Of a stretch of 64,000 bases of DNA, positions 34,137 to 47,831 are shown piece by piece. Every line of letters begins with the position of its first letter. The first letter of the stretch is position 1. Below the pieces are notes generated by a model. That model worked only from the letters and a program-made list of their open reading frames with translations. It had not been told where the DNA came from and did not search any database. The DNA is from Eutreptiella sp. 'Long Island Sound 2002'. Its lineage: Eukaryota > Protista > Euglenida. The stretch covers positions 10,354,001-10,418,000 of the forward strand of contig OZ038378.1 of the NCBI GenBank assembly GCA_964036045.1, read 5' to 3'. Made by a program: the position numbers and the translations under genes.

Positions 34137-37100
34137 GTGTGTTGAAGAGTGCTAGAGGGGGAAACCAGTAATTGACCAACAAGAAGGGGAGGGAAATGTA
34201 AACCCTGTGAAAGGAAGAATCCCAAAAAGGAAAATGCAGTAATAAAATAGGAGAAAAAATTATGTGTGGGGGGTAAACGGTACGTAGAAAATTTGTGTGT
34301 GTATGGGGCACTATTCCACTTGTATCATGGGATAATTCTTCAAATTGCGTGCCGCAGGCGCCGCAGGGGAAGGGTTCCCAGTGAAATTGCAAGCATTGTA
34401 ACTCATTTTTCCTGTGTTTTTCCCCATTCCCCCCCATTTCCCCCCATTTCCCCCCATTTCCCCCCATTTCCCCCCCATTTTCCCTCAGGCATTTTGCTCA
34501 CTACACCCCACACACACCACCCCCCCAGACCCACAAAAAGTGGTTTTCTGGGCTTCTGGTGCAACCTTGCCCCCATTTTCCACAGAACAGCAGAGAAGGA
34601 CCCATTTCCCCCCATTTTTCCTACATGGGGCTGTTTTGACGACATTACCCGCTCATTTCCAACAGCGGGAAATTAGGGGCCCTGTACATCCGCCCCTATA
34701 CCTGTGCGCCCAGGGCATGGTCCCTTGCATCGGTCACTGCATGTGCACCTGCATTTGCCCCTGCATCCACGCATATGCCTGCACTACAACAGCACAACCC
34801 ACACCACTAATAATGTGCGGAACAAGGTATTGCAGCAGGGCAGAAAAACTTCGCCAGGCGATACCTGAAAAATGGCCGTGGACAGGATCCTTTTCAATGG
34901 GCTGAAGGCCCGTGACAGAAAGGTACCGCAGGATCAGCTTCCCTGCAACAGAAACAAGGATGTGGTGGAATCCAGTCCGGTGGTCTGGTGGCATACAGGA
35001 ATAGAAACATGCAAGCATGGTGCAAATAAGTGCAAACATAAGAATAAGCACAAAGACATGCACAAGCACAAAACACACACGCCAGCATAGACAAATCTGT
35101 ACGCGAATGCCAACAGAAATGCAAATGCGGTAGCTGGGCCCCATCCTCTTCCCTGCACCTGACACCAACACCCAATCACGACCAGTATCATGCTTACTGC
35201 GACAACACCCCTTTTGTTGTCTTACTGCCTGCCTGCTGTGTGGACAGCAGAAGCAGATATCCGTCACCTGCTGTCCTCCAGCCCCAGAAAAATAAGCGCA
35301 TGACTGATTGGCTTGATGCACTTCCCTCATGGGCCCTGGCCTGAGGGCCTGTACCACAGCCTCCAGACAAACCAACAGGCTCTGAACATGAAAAACTTGG
35401 CTTGTGTGTGTACGCACACGCCATTGTGTCTGCCCACCCCATGACAGGTAGTATGAATAGATGTCATCTATCAAAATTGGACATCTTTTGTCACAAGTTC
35501 CGATCACGCATATAGGATGGACGTAGAGCAATGGGTGACAGCAAGGCACGAGCAGTGTATGCACTGGTCAGATTGTGAATGCATGTCTCTCTCAATACTT
35601 CTACTGCCCTTCAGTCTTCAATCTAGACCGTCTCCGATGCACACAACCTTGTCCCTAATGCTGCCTCCATCATGTGCACCCTTGGTGCTCATATTGAATA
35701 CGACATATTGTGCATCACCTTGTTGGTCACCACGAGGGTATGTTGCCATGCACCATATATTGAGTGCATTGCTTGTGCATTACAGGCAAAAAATTCTCTT
35801 TGCTGTTCCTACTCAATCCCACAACTTGCACCCAAGCCAAAGAAAAGAGGATTCCGCATACCCATGTGACAGTCCACCTTTCAGTATTCATCACAGGCCC
35901 TCTACAAATACCACCTTTGTAACCTAGGCATCCGCTGCAACAATACCATAACATTGATAAAGAGGGTGGGAGTTTAAAGTGCCATTGCCCTGTCATGGCG
36001 GACACCATTGCGCTGACACAGCGGACGGCTGCACATTGCACATCCCTGTAGCCTCATACGTCCTCACAACGAAAAACCCATGGCTGTGCACACCTGACCA
36101 AGGAGTGTGACACATAGATAAACTCTCAACGGCATCCCTTTGCCACACTGTCCGTATTTACACCATGGTGTATGCTGCCTATCACCTTCGGCGACTCCCA
36201 TTGTTGTTTTTGTACCTTCTAGCAAATGTATGAGTATCAAGTGTGGCTACACTTTGTTAAATTGTTCCATTGCGTTTGTGCCACATCGCAAATGGTCCTT
36301 TTGTGAAATGATGTGTGTACCTTGGCCGGGATGAATAAGACAAACCCCTTCGCCCCATCTTTAGGTTAGCAATTCTTTGTTGCCTACAACTTTGGGTACA
36401 CAACAACATGGCACCAAAGCCAATGCGCTTCATGTAAAATCTTCGGACTCTACTCTCAACAACAACATGCATCAATGACCTCTTTTGATCACACCCACTC
36501 CCTCCTGCAACACTTCCTCCTCTCTACCATGTTGGGGATTGTATGTTTCTCCAAAAAATTTCTACCATATCCCACAGCCACCACTTGTAAAACAACCACA
36601 ATCCCACTCAATCTTCATCCACGTTGCTCATACTAAAATGTTGAGCTAGTTCATGTGCGTCTTTTGTCTCCAATTCGCAAAAACTATGGTTCGATAAATA
36701 CTTCTACAAAGGTGGCAGCCTATCTACTACTTGTCCTACTATGAGCACAATGAGAAAGTCATTGGGAATAGCACACATCACTCTCATCATTGTCATCACA
36801 TCACTCTGTTGGTGCATACTTCTCCCAAGCCCTTGTGTCGGTTGTCTTCATCATTTTGCCATTCTAGTAATTGCAGTATTGGAAATGAGCACCTGGCTAC
36901 CATTAGAAGAAAGGCAATCATTTCTTGAAGCAAAATGTTGCTTAGACACCAAGGATTCACCCGTTATCTTCGCCTGCTCTACATTTCACACAAATGTCTT
37001 CAACCACACAATATTCCCCTGCAGCCTCCAGCAGCAATGTTTGCAGGTGGTATCATTGGGGTCTGGCACACATAGCCTTCACACATGCCCCTATGGCCCT

Positions 37101-37337
37101 GAATCACACTGGTGGTAGACCCCATGAACCCTCATTTACAAAGACTCGTTAAAAAATAATTCTCATGGTTTCGAGGAGCTACAGTCACATCTGCGGTGTA
37201 ATCTTCCGTGCCACATCTCAGACAACATAGAACTCCAGTGCATCTTGGAGCGATGTAAGAAAGGTGAGTTTTGCCTTCGTCGTCCAGTTAGAGCCACCTG
37301 TCCTTTGATTTCGCTCACGCGGATGGCTGAGGTGTTT

Positions 37338-37542
37338 GGCACACATGCAGTGGTCTTCAATGCCGCATGTGGCTCCACTGAAAAGCAGAGTCAGAGTTTG
37401 TTTGATGCATACATGGCCTGCCTCATTATTGGATCATTCGGGCACACATGCAGTGGTCTTCAATGCCGCATGTGGCTCCACTGAAAAGCAGAGTCAGAGT
37501 TTGTTTGATGCATACATGGCCTGCCTCATTATTGGATCATTC
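37338..37542 (+). repeat. Perfect 102-bp tandem duplication (37338-37439 / 37441-37542)
   Basis: Two identical copies GGCACACATGCAGTGG...ATTGGATCATTC separated by one G. Confidence 0.95.
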
Positions 37543-38685
37543 AAAGCAGTGTGGAAAGAAAAGGCCTAAATGGTGGCAACACAAACATTGTACAGTATCA
37601 ACTGTGGTAGGTGTGAGAAAATAGCAGCAGGGAGTGTAACCCCCTTCGTTGCATTTCTGTCAAATGTGAATTGCCTCACACACGTTTCCATGTGGCTTTA
37701 AATGTCGTGGAAAAATTGTTCATACAGCTCCTGAAGCCTCCCACAATCACTATTGGTCTTCCAGCACACCTACGGTGTGCCACATGTGCCACAACGGAAG
37801 CACTTCAACATTCGTAGATTCTTGGCCTGTTGAGGAGGGCTGTTGCGCTCAAAGCACAGGTTTGGGTTGCCAAGCAGTCTATAGTCTATATGTTGTACAC
37901 TCTGCAGTATCCTCACATTGTATGGCCTTATGCCAATCCTTACAACACACACACACACATACACACACACACACACACAAACCAGGAGGTCATTGCTTTT
38001 GGGAGTCCCCCGGAGCCAACAGAGCTGTCAACCCTACTCATGCCCTGCTCCTTAGAGGAACAGGACACCGGCCGGCAACTGTGGAAAGCCGACCCCGTGC
38101 AGAACCTTTGGCGCTTTCTGAGCCATGCCTTCTTTCATCACCAAAGGCCTCCGTCCCAACAACGTGGCACAAGCATTGGCCAATGGACACATCTTGCACC
38201 ATGACCTTGGCCTCGGCCTCGGCTTGGCCCAGGCTCCAACTTGCAGCTCAGCAAAGTCTCGAACCCACCAGGGCAACACAGCCCACGAGATGCCCCTCAC
38301 CTCCAGTCCATAAATGCAGCAGGGATGCCGACACATTCATCCCATGGGTTTAAGCTTCTCGCCCTCAAACGGGGTGGGGCCAGACACAAACTGCAGTAGG
38401 AATGCCCTCTGGCTATCCAAGGGTATGATGGGATATGCCTCCCTCAGGCGATAAGAGCATCCTACGTTCCTGGTTTGCTTCTAGAGCTTCCTTCTACCGT
38501 CACTGCTCTCTTGCACGGCTGACAACAAAATGAGGCCAATATGACAACACTTGCCCATGAGAATTTGAATCAGCAAACCCTAATCACAGCAAAGATGAGG
38601 GCCTTGGAAGATTGGAAGAGGGGACCCTTACTTACTCTGAAGACCTCGACCCCTCGACCCTCGACCCCTCAACCCGGCATACACC

Positions 38686-38771
38686 CACGCCACGCCACGC
38701 CACGCCACGCCACGCCACGCCACGCCACGCCACGCCACGCCACGCCACGCCACGCCACGCCACACCACACC
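38686..38771 (+). repeat. (CACGC)n pentanucleotide microsatellite
   Basis: Direct reading of the sequence. Confidence 0.95.
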
Positions 38772-39427
38772 ATCCCTGCCTAGGGACACAGCACCCTTAC
38801 GGTTGCTGGTAGGGCTATAGAAGAGTGGAGATAGTAGCTCTGTCCAGCGGCGTAAGGCCCTCTTGCCTCCCGCGGATCCGAGGTGTGAATGGCAGGCCTT
38901 TGTTGGGATCAAGGCCTCATCCAGGAAACTCGAGGTCGCGATGTGATCAGCATGTGCAAGCAACAGACCAGAAAAAATTCAACAGCAAGGTCTTGCACAT
39001 GATGTAACCGAGGTGTGACCAACAGGCTGCCAGTGTATTGCACACTGTGCCCATGCTATAGCATGAGGCCCGATCTGAGAAACTCGAGGTCGAGATGTGC
39101 ACAGCAAGCGACGGGGATCCACGACGGCATCATCAGCGATACCGTGCGCTTGGTCGAGAAAGCTCGGCTATGACGTGTTGTTCGAGAGCCCTTGCAGTGC
39201 CGCTTGTGCACCAAGGTCAAAGGCTATGCACCGAGGCGGCTGGCCTCAGTGACCTACACCAATGTCGACCCAAAGCCACCAACTGGCATGCATCCATGGC
39301 ACAAGGTGAGCTGCGAGGAGACGGTGTAGCGTCGCTGTTTGGGTCCAAGGGACAAACAGCGTTCTGAGGATTGTGCTGTGTCTTCCTGGGGGAGGACGCG
39401 CAGCCGCGCGAGAAAGAACAGGCGCTT

Positions 39428-39598
39428 CACCGCTACACCGCTACACCGCTACACCACACCACACCACACCACACCACACCACACCACACCACACCACACC
39501 ACACCACACCACACCACACCACACCACACCACACCACACCACACCACACCACACCACACCACACCACACCACACCACACCACACCACACCACACCACA
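39428..39598 (+). repeat. (ACACC)n pentanucleotide microsatellite preceded by (CCGCTACA)3
   Basis: Direct reading of the sequence. Confidence 0.95.
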
Positions 39599-40559
39599 AA
39601 CAGACACATACACAGAGAGAAAGAGAGAATAGGAGGATGAGGAGGAGGAGGATGCAATGGGGTGGGAAGAAGCGGAGAGACAAAAGACAGAGAGGCGACC
39701 TGTGGGTGTGGTCCGCTCGTTTGCAGATACCAACCTGTCGGCCGGAGACTCCAGATTCAGCTGCATGAACGAGGGCCGCAGCCCAAGCTTTTCCAGCAAC
39801 TTTGGGGTCCGCCGACCCGTGGATCCCTTGAGAAGGTCCTCTCTTTCCTTCAACAGACCAGCGGCCACCTCATGACCATCCTTTCCGAACGTCCCTACTA
39901 TTGAGCAATGGAACCCAATAGTGCCCTGACAGGATACTGTCTGTCCTGGCTGAGGCTGCAGCGGGACTTCAAAGTGATTTGGCTGGCCATGCTTGACATC
40001 TGAAACAGCATGTGTTGGGAAGCGGCAAGGGAATTGTCGGGAAGCACCAAAGAAATGAAGAGAGGAACCACGACCACAACAATGGACAGATCGGCAGATT
40101 TTTCAAGAATGGATACCTGTAGCAGAGATTTCGGCTTTAATGATGCCACTGCAATCACTGTCAACCTGGCGTCCAATGAAATCCTACCTTCTATAATAAT
40201 CCCACCCTCGCCTTTCCTCCAAGTCATCTGCTTCTCCCTCATGTCGCCAGAGCCGTTCATGAAGAAGCTTTACAACCAAGGCACCCCAGACTTACCACAA
40301 GCATTTGTCAGGCTAGACATGATCAGTGAGAGCTAGGACGTACTGCATCGTGCACGTGACACAGATGGTTCGTACTGACTTCTGGGTATCACTGAGTAGA
40401 TTGTGGTGGGATAGAACTGATTCCAGGGGCATCTCAATACTAATACCGGCCACTGGCGGCAAGTCTGGTGCAGGTTTCCGAGTACCAAAAGCACCATGGC
40501 GAGTGCACAATTGGTGCAGCACTTCGATTGTGACGTTCCGCAAGCGTGTCTGAGGCAAT

Positions 40560-41125
40560 TGTCAAGACCTGACACCAGCGCCCCAGCCTGACCCCGTTGC
40601 GGCCCCGCGGTCTGCCCCTGATCATGCAGCGCAGCCCCAGTCCCAGTCCTAAATCTTGCCCCATCCCCATCCCCAGCACTAAATCCCTACCAATCCCAGC
40701 AATAACCCCCCGCCCCATTGCGCGAAGAGGTGGAGGCCAATACCACCACCCTCAAGGCCAATAATCAGGCTCTAGTGGACATACAAATGCAAGAAGAGCA
40801 CTCACATGGTGGCCACAATGGAGCACACAAACACTCTTTTTTTTCGTCGACTAAACATTTCAATGGGAAAGGGCATTCCATTTCCCAGGGTTCCCAGGGC
40901 AAAGGGAACCAACGAAAGTTGTCCGATGTCACTTGGGCTGAGGCTGGGGGAGTGCTAGGGTTGGAGCAGGGGCAGGCGCTGGGCTTGGGCTTGGGGCTGG
41001 GGCTGGGGCTGGGGCTAGCAGCAGGGCTGGCACTGGGCATCGTACAGAGGCGCCTGCGGATGGGGCTGCAGGAGGATCAGCCTAGGGGCTGGGGCTGGGG
41101 CTGAGGATAGCGTCAAGGCTCATTG
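40560..41125. repeat. Foldback-like segment: (CCCCAG)n-type array on the left and (CTGGGG)n array on the right of a ~200-bp core
   Basis: Inverted orientation of GGGCT/AGCCC-type repeats at about 40575-40715 and 40935-41105. Confidence 0.45.
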
Positions 41126-44100
41126 CTGGTCGGGCCGGGGCTGGGACTTGAATGGGGCTGGCGCTGTCTGCAGTTCTCAGACTGTACCCGGGGGATCTGT
41201 GGGCTGGGTGAGTAGTACCTGACCCAACCAATACAAAAGATGCCCATTGCTACTTGCACTTCATGGGCTCCCCCCACAAACGGGCTTTGACCGCCGAATG
41301 CTCAACCATACGATGGGGAGGCGGGGGGGGTTCAGCAGCAGCATAGGCAAGGGAGGTGCATGCCCCTGAAAGATGATATCCAGCTCCATGAATGGGCCCT
41401 GAGCAGCTCAAATTAGAATGGCCTTTCCCTCAAGGAGACACTGTTCCGTTCGAAAAAGGATAAATAGCTGTCCCCAATACGACTGCACGTAACGCATGCG
41501 TGCGGTCGTATGTAAAGCTCAATGAACGATCTTGGAAAAAGAGCTGCACAGCAAAATACCTGACATTTGCAGAACGTGCTGACCCAGTGGCAGATCCTTC
41601 TTCAGCGCATTCAAATTATTGACAGTGATTAAGATTGTCTTGACACCTGAACAGCAAAACCGTTTTGTGTTTGGCAGACTGTACCGTGCTGCATCGTGCA
41701 CTGGACAACGTCACGCGCTCTGCATGCAATGTGCGTGTGTGCGCGCGTGTGTGTGCCAGTGCGCGCGTATGTATGGCGTGCAGTGCAGTGCAGTGCAGTG
41801 CAGGAGACGCGCGTTCGTGGGTTGTGGCCTCTGGTATTTCGGCTGTTTGGTGGCTTGTGTGCTGTGGACATGGGCCTTGTGCATGGTGTGGTGCAGGCGC
41901 TGCACCAATGCTGCAGTCGTTGCAACATGTCCTGCGTGCGCTGTGCACCCCACTGCATGGCACAGAATACGTGCGTGAATATATGCTGCGGAGTGCCCAT
42001 CTGCACACTGATGCCTCCTGCACCATTGCACACATTGACACACCCACAGTCAGATCAACCACCTTTGACACAGACCTGAAGGAACTAACAGCACAAAAAT
42101 TGCCGGCCACCGCGGGTTAAGATTTCTCTTGAGCACCTTCGTGCGCTGAGTGGTCTCCCCTATAGACAATGCGACAGCAAACAAGACAAACGAAACAAAG
42201 TTGGGTTGCAGAGCAGATATCAGAGATTGGAGGGGGGGGGGTTCCGTTGGGAAAAATACCCCTGTTGTAGAAGCTACCCCTCTTTTTCTGTCATTCCTTC
42301 TCTTTTCTGCTGTTAATGAGCTGCTCGTACTCCAATCACGGCTTGGCAAGCGCAGCATGTCCTGCAACAGGAAATTTCTTACAAACTACCTTTTGATTTC
42401 TGTGCGCGCTGCCTAGTTCCAAGAAAGAAATTCCGTGAAAACCAAAAGTGGAGTAGTGCAATGCGGGCGTGCCCCCCATTCTCGAGAGCATGACCTACCA
42501 ATGGCTCGCGGCGACCGGGAAGGACCAACCGGCGCCGCCGCGGCCGCCTCGTGAGGTCATCCGGCGGGCAGCTATGGCCGAGGAACGCTGGCACACCGTG
42601 CCCTGCAGCCAAATCCCTCGAGAAACTGTGTCCCAAGAGGTGGCGAGCACCAATGTGAGCATTGTGATGATGGAATTAGCAAATTGCCACCCGAGCCACG
42701 AAACACGCCGCCTAAACAGGTGGCAGACAAGTCAAAGCTTTTCAAGGCCCGACACCTCAACCATAGTAGAGGAGTGGTCGTCCTTGGGGTGTTTGTTGTT
42801 GGCATGTAGTGCAGGCACACGAGGAATTAATCAACAAGAACCATGGAGAGGTCCATGTGCACCATTGTTCCCTTGTGTAGGAGGGGGAAAATATGTGCTA
42901 CCACAATTAGGGGAGCCGAGAATAAATGGGAAAAAAGCGACACCAAATTTCTCAAAAGATGGGCGGGGGATTACACAACTCCTCCTCCTCCTCGTGGGCA
43001 TCCGCACTTGGGAAAACCTATGGCGGAGGATCGTTTTCTGAAGACCCCGGGTGCCGATCTGATTGTAGGAATTTTTGTGAATTCCGAGGTTTTCAAATGT
43101 TGTACACACAAGGGAGGGGCCAGTGGAGCAACTTAGGTTTTGCACACAGGCATGATGTAATTTGCACTAGGGACAGTGCGTTTTGCACAATGATGGTGCT
43201 CTTTGTTGCTGCAAAATGCAACAAAAAGGAAGATGTGTGCACAAGGTGTGTATTTTGCATGGTTTGTGTGCAAAGACATGGAAAATGCCCGCCACAGTGT
43301 GAAATTTGCAGCAGTGCCCGGTCCTTGGGGGGTTTTGGGCCTCCTCCTTTGCGCATGGATCACAATGCCAAGTCCTTGCTACCATGACCCCCTTGTCAGT
43401 GCCTTGAACCTATGCCGGCACACTGTCACACTCTCCCTTGAAGTGGGCCTTGAACCACAATACCACATTTGATGATACCTTGGATTTGCACATGCCATGG
43501 GATCGTGTCCATGTACCAAACAAAATGCAGTGAGTGAAAGGATTGCGCCACAAAGCATCGTCCCGCCCGTCATGGGGCATGCAAAACCAAAGCAAACAAA
43601 ACGACGCATCCTGTATTCCTCATCAAAAAGTGCACCGAATGATGTGGTGTGATGAGGAAGAAGCAAACTTCCCCCCGTCCCCATGCCTGGTCCCCTCACT
43701 ACCCAAAGGTTTTCTCAACACGAGTCCCTCTCACGTATAACAAGAAGGGGGCGGGCTCGGACCACACATGTTGGATGCGGGGAGGACACCTTCCGTGTCC
43801 GCCTAGATCCTCCGCGATCCTCTTGGGGCCCCCGCGGCATCCTATGTAACACCTCGGTTTCCTATCCTCCCTTCATAGGGCCCTCATCTTGGCCATGTGG
43901 GTCACCTTTCTCGTGAAGACTATGGTTGCAAGCGCATTTGGCACAAGCCCATCATAGTGGTACGATGGAAATCATCGATCTGTAGTTACGTGCCAATCGG
44001 TTTTTTCCACTTGTCGTATGCCAAAACGGCCGAAAAATCATGAGCTCCCAACAAAGATGCAACGACGTGGCACATACTCTAAATGCGCCTTCCTGTGCGG

Positions 44101-47100
44101 TGCAGTGGATTGTGTGCTTTTCCTAAACCCGAGTTTCAACACACCCGAGGTGACATTGGGTGAGAGGTATGGTTTGTTGTCTACTGAGGTGATCTTCATT
44201 CATTGTGTGTGTCAACGATTGTACATGGTAGTAAATTACCCCCCCCCCCCCGGAGAGTAGACACAAGAAAAAGGCACCAAGCCTAATTTTTTTCTTCTTT
44301 AATTCTTTAATTCTTTTCCCGAATAAGGAGGACCACTTTGAAAAAATACAGTTAAGAGACCCACCTAGGTTGGGCGCGGAAGGGTACAAATGTGAACCCA
44401 AATCCACCACCCGAAGTCCAAGCCATAATGTGACAAGATAGTCACTGGATGCTCCGACATTAAACATTCATGGATTGTCCCACACAATTCCAAGAAATGG
44501 GCCACAAGATCGCATTAGTCTCTAAGCCCGACACTTCGCAACATGGGGCGATCGCGCTCACGTGCTTCAAAAGCATGGAAGCGGAATGTTTCACCGAGTT
44601 TGAAAATAGGTCGCAACAAATTCCAAGATTGACATGTAAGAGACCCGGTTTCGAAAAGTACACGACAAGAAACCCAAGGCCTCGGGTAAAAAAATTAAGA
44701 GACCCGGGTCAACCCAAAACCAGCCTCCAAGAAGGCGACTTTGATGCACGTGTCAATGATAGTGCATCTTGTCTTTCGGACTCACCTCTTTGCACACCCA
44801 CCCAAAGCGTCCGCACGTTTCATTTTGGCAATTGAGCCTTCCTCAACCCCACTAGGAGCCGTTCATTTTGCATGGCATGCAAAGGTTTGCCACGTACAAT
44901 AACCGTCCACGCCTTTTTCACCCGATCAAGTTGAAAAATGTCTCACAACACAAGATGATCACTTACCCCGCCCCGGGTGAAAACCGGATGGTACCTAATG
45001 AGCGGTGGATGTGCTTTCGTTTGCCCCACCCATGAAATGCAATAGCGAGCACACGAAAACCAGCTCGGGGCTCGGAGCTTTTTTGAATCCTGCGTGCCCC
45101 ACACCGTCACGTGTCACGCAAACCTACTCTCACTTCGCAGTACGGATGGGACGTTTTCCCCTCAACTGGATCGAAGTGCACCCCCGGAAGGTCTTGGCAA
45201 TTCAAAGATGACATTACCACCGTAGAGTGATTCTCTTCGGTTGTCGGCGGTGGTCTCGTCGTGTCATGCCCGTGCGAACCGCGCGGGGGTGAGGGGGGAG
45301 GCGAGGACGAGTTTGAATCTTGACGATGTGAGTGGGAAGCCGGCCGCGGGGAAGCCACCCAGCGGAGCGTGTCCTTTACTACGTCTTTGCCATGAACCAC
45401 TTTGTCCTTGGTCTTGTCTTTGTTGTGCAAAGCCATGCCTTTGCCTTTGTCAATGCCATTGTGAAGGGAGTTGCGGAGGACCATATCCCACAGACCTAAC
45501 AAAAACACAGTATCGGTGACCGGGAAGGAAACCAAAAGGAAGCCATAGAATGTAGGGGGACTCAAAATATGCCGGGGCGGATTGACGGTTCATGCGGCAC
45601 CATCGCTAACCCCGCTTGGCCTCACACCACCTTTCCCCCTCCGCGTGAAAGTTCCATTCCAACTCCTTTCATGAGGGCCCTCGATTGCGTTGGATCATCA
45701 CCCGTTTGCGTTTGAGAAAGTCCCTTCGCCCATCATTACCACCAAAGAGAACCCTTGAACAGCATGTCTCGAACGACCACGTAGTCTTTTCGTGCCACGT
45801 GAAGATGACCAAGTTGCTTTGAAAGAATTTCTCAGATTGTCGCCTTGATACTCATTTTTGAAGGGGAGGGGCTCTTGAGAAAGAATGAGAATTGAGCATG
45901 CATACGCCAATTTGAAAGCTGGGAGTCGTAGGTGGGGTACAGTAGGTGGGGGGGAAGGCGAGGGTACACAGACCTGTAATGTTTGTGAGGTTACTTATGT
46001 ATTGGTGCCATCAAGGATGAACTTGTCGGTTATCATCCATGAATTACACATTGTGTCACTCTCGCAGTTGTAGGCGCAAAGCTACATTTATGCTTCCGGA
46101 GCGTGGGAGAGTATTCCTACGGTCTTCTGCAATCTAGGTCGCAAATCTTTTCAGTTGCTAAGAATAACGCTGGTAGGAGCTGTGCGCATGAGCAATTGAG
46201 CTGGCGCCCGCGCACATTGTGACAACAGGTCCATGAACAGTGTCTCCCCAGTGTCTTCGCACTGTCCGAATTCAGACAACGTTGGTCAGAACGTCGTGAA
46301 TATAAAAGTAGAACGAACACAGCGTGGACATCCATGGCCCCGTTAGTAAAGAAGGAGAAGCAGAACACGACATGAAACTCACGAACCAAACAAACACCAG
46401 GGCAAGGCAACCAATAACTGTTGAAACAAAGTGGATAAACGACGGGAAAACAACAAAAGCACAAAGAAGTGTGTTCTAACGTTCCCCTTTCGCTCGTTTA
46501 GAACGGCCTTTGCGATCGAGTATGCGGACGGGAGGGGACATTTGTAAAACGAGGCACTTGCGAGGAACTGCAAGCCCCCAAGCTCAGCAAAATTTCTTTT
46601 CCACATGTTCCTCTTACGTGTTTTCACCACTTGATGCACCTCTGTGTTGTGTGTGCCTAGCATTTCGCACCGTAGTGTCGTGCTTCGAGACACACTAAAA
46701 GGATGTGTGGTCGTGCGGTCACGACGTACGGATTTGTGTGATCCGCCTTCGGTGATTCGGTGCATCGGAAAGTCAAGATCTTAGGTATGGAGCACACATT
46801 CAACATGTATGAACGAAAGGGTTCTCGGGACTTCTCACGGTGTTGCATTCGTGAACACACCCGGTTGACCGGCGTGTCTCCGGCTTACTCTTGGTTGGTT
46901 GGTTGGTTGGCCATGTTATTAAAGTGCCTATTTTTTTTTTGAGATACTTCACTTCGACCAAGTCGCACCTCGGTGTCAAAGTGTCGTTACAGTGTGTTCG
47001 AAGCGTCGTTACAAGCACGGCAAGGCTACAAAACGCATGAATGTAGTCTTGAGAGCATTGTTAAACTACGTCAACGCCAAATTCTCAAAACAAACACGAC

Positions 47101-47831
47101 GGTTCGTCTTGCGTTCTCCTTGAGCGATGAGCAATTGTACTTCGATTACCTTGGCCTAATCAATTCGCCTGCCAAACTTCCAATTGGAACGAAGCTGAAC
47201 AATCACCATCCCGGTGGCTTGCAAAAGCTAGATGTGGTACTACAAACAGAACCGCCAATCCCACCCCGCTACATTCTTTGAACGCTCCCTTTGAAACAAT
47301 CAGTACAACCAAACATGGCGAATAGGTTTGCCCTGAAATTCTTTGTTGCCGATGCGTCACCACAATGAAAAAAGATGGTGTTCAAACATGCTCGGACATT
47401 GACCGAACGTTCGAAACATGTAGTCTCAAGTGCCATCCATGTCTTTTGCAGGACCTCCACACTTCCTCAATGCATCGACCCCGGTGTCGTAATCGATGCT
47501 ACTTTGCCATTGCTTTAGTTTCGGTGGAAGTCCATTGCACAATAGGTTGCCTTTGTTGAGGACATCCTTTCCTCCATTGCATTGCGAATACTATCCTTTC
47601 CTCCGCCAAATATAGTTTCTTCTTGATTGCAAGATTGATTTTGATTTGACCGCGTCGGCTACGTAGTACGTTCGCATTTTAAACCTCCGGATGAGTGAAT
47701 GTGGAAGTACAAATTAAGAGCAACGGCGTTTATTTCAAATAGGGTTTGCGGTTCGTCAAAGGCCCGCGACGTCATGGGAAACATGTTTGTTACATCTTGT
47801 AGAATTTTTCACGACCGCAATTGCAGTGGCC

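Larger units (their letters stand above)
31214..34684. mobile_element. Outer TIR DNA element (superfamily undetermined) hosting the nested hAT copy
   Basis: 14-bp TIR CAGGGCCCCTGATT (31214-27) / CAGGGCCCCTAATT (reverse complement of 34671-84), 13/14. Inverted subterminal GGGGGAAA(C/T) arrays at about 31281-31340 and 34421-34484. No convincing TSD. Confidence 0.7.

Noticed and set aside
38345-38430. QRAFLLQFVSG (minus strand) resembling a HECT C-lobe motif
   Set aside because: Single short match without the downstream LP..HTCF catalytic motif.
40100-40260. SLDARLTVIAVAS resembling an MCM/AAA+ sensor region
   Set aside because: No Walker A or Walker B (IDEFDKM) motif in frame upstream.
44400-44950. 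FLGIVWD (minus strand) reminiscent of DIRS/Ngaro reverse transcriptase
   Set aside because: No YxDD, RNase H or tyrosine-recombinase motif found nearby; the frame is full of stops.
46921-46943. AAAGTGCCTATTTTTTTTTTGAG resembles the 3' end of the Euglena spliced leader (GTGTCTATTTTTTTTCG)
   Set aside because: The match is short and mostly a T-run, with no SL RNA intron or retrocopy ORF adjacent, so it is compatible with chance.
43845-46991. TGTAAC...GTTACA inverted ends suggesting a 3.1-kb LTR or element
   Set aside because: Flanks (TCCTA vs GTGTG) give no TSD, no retroelement motif was recognised inside, and 6-bp matches are expected by chance.
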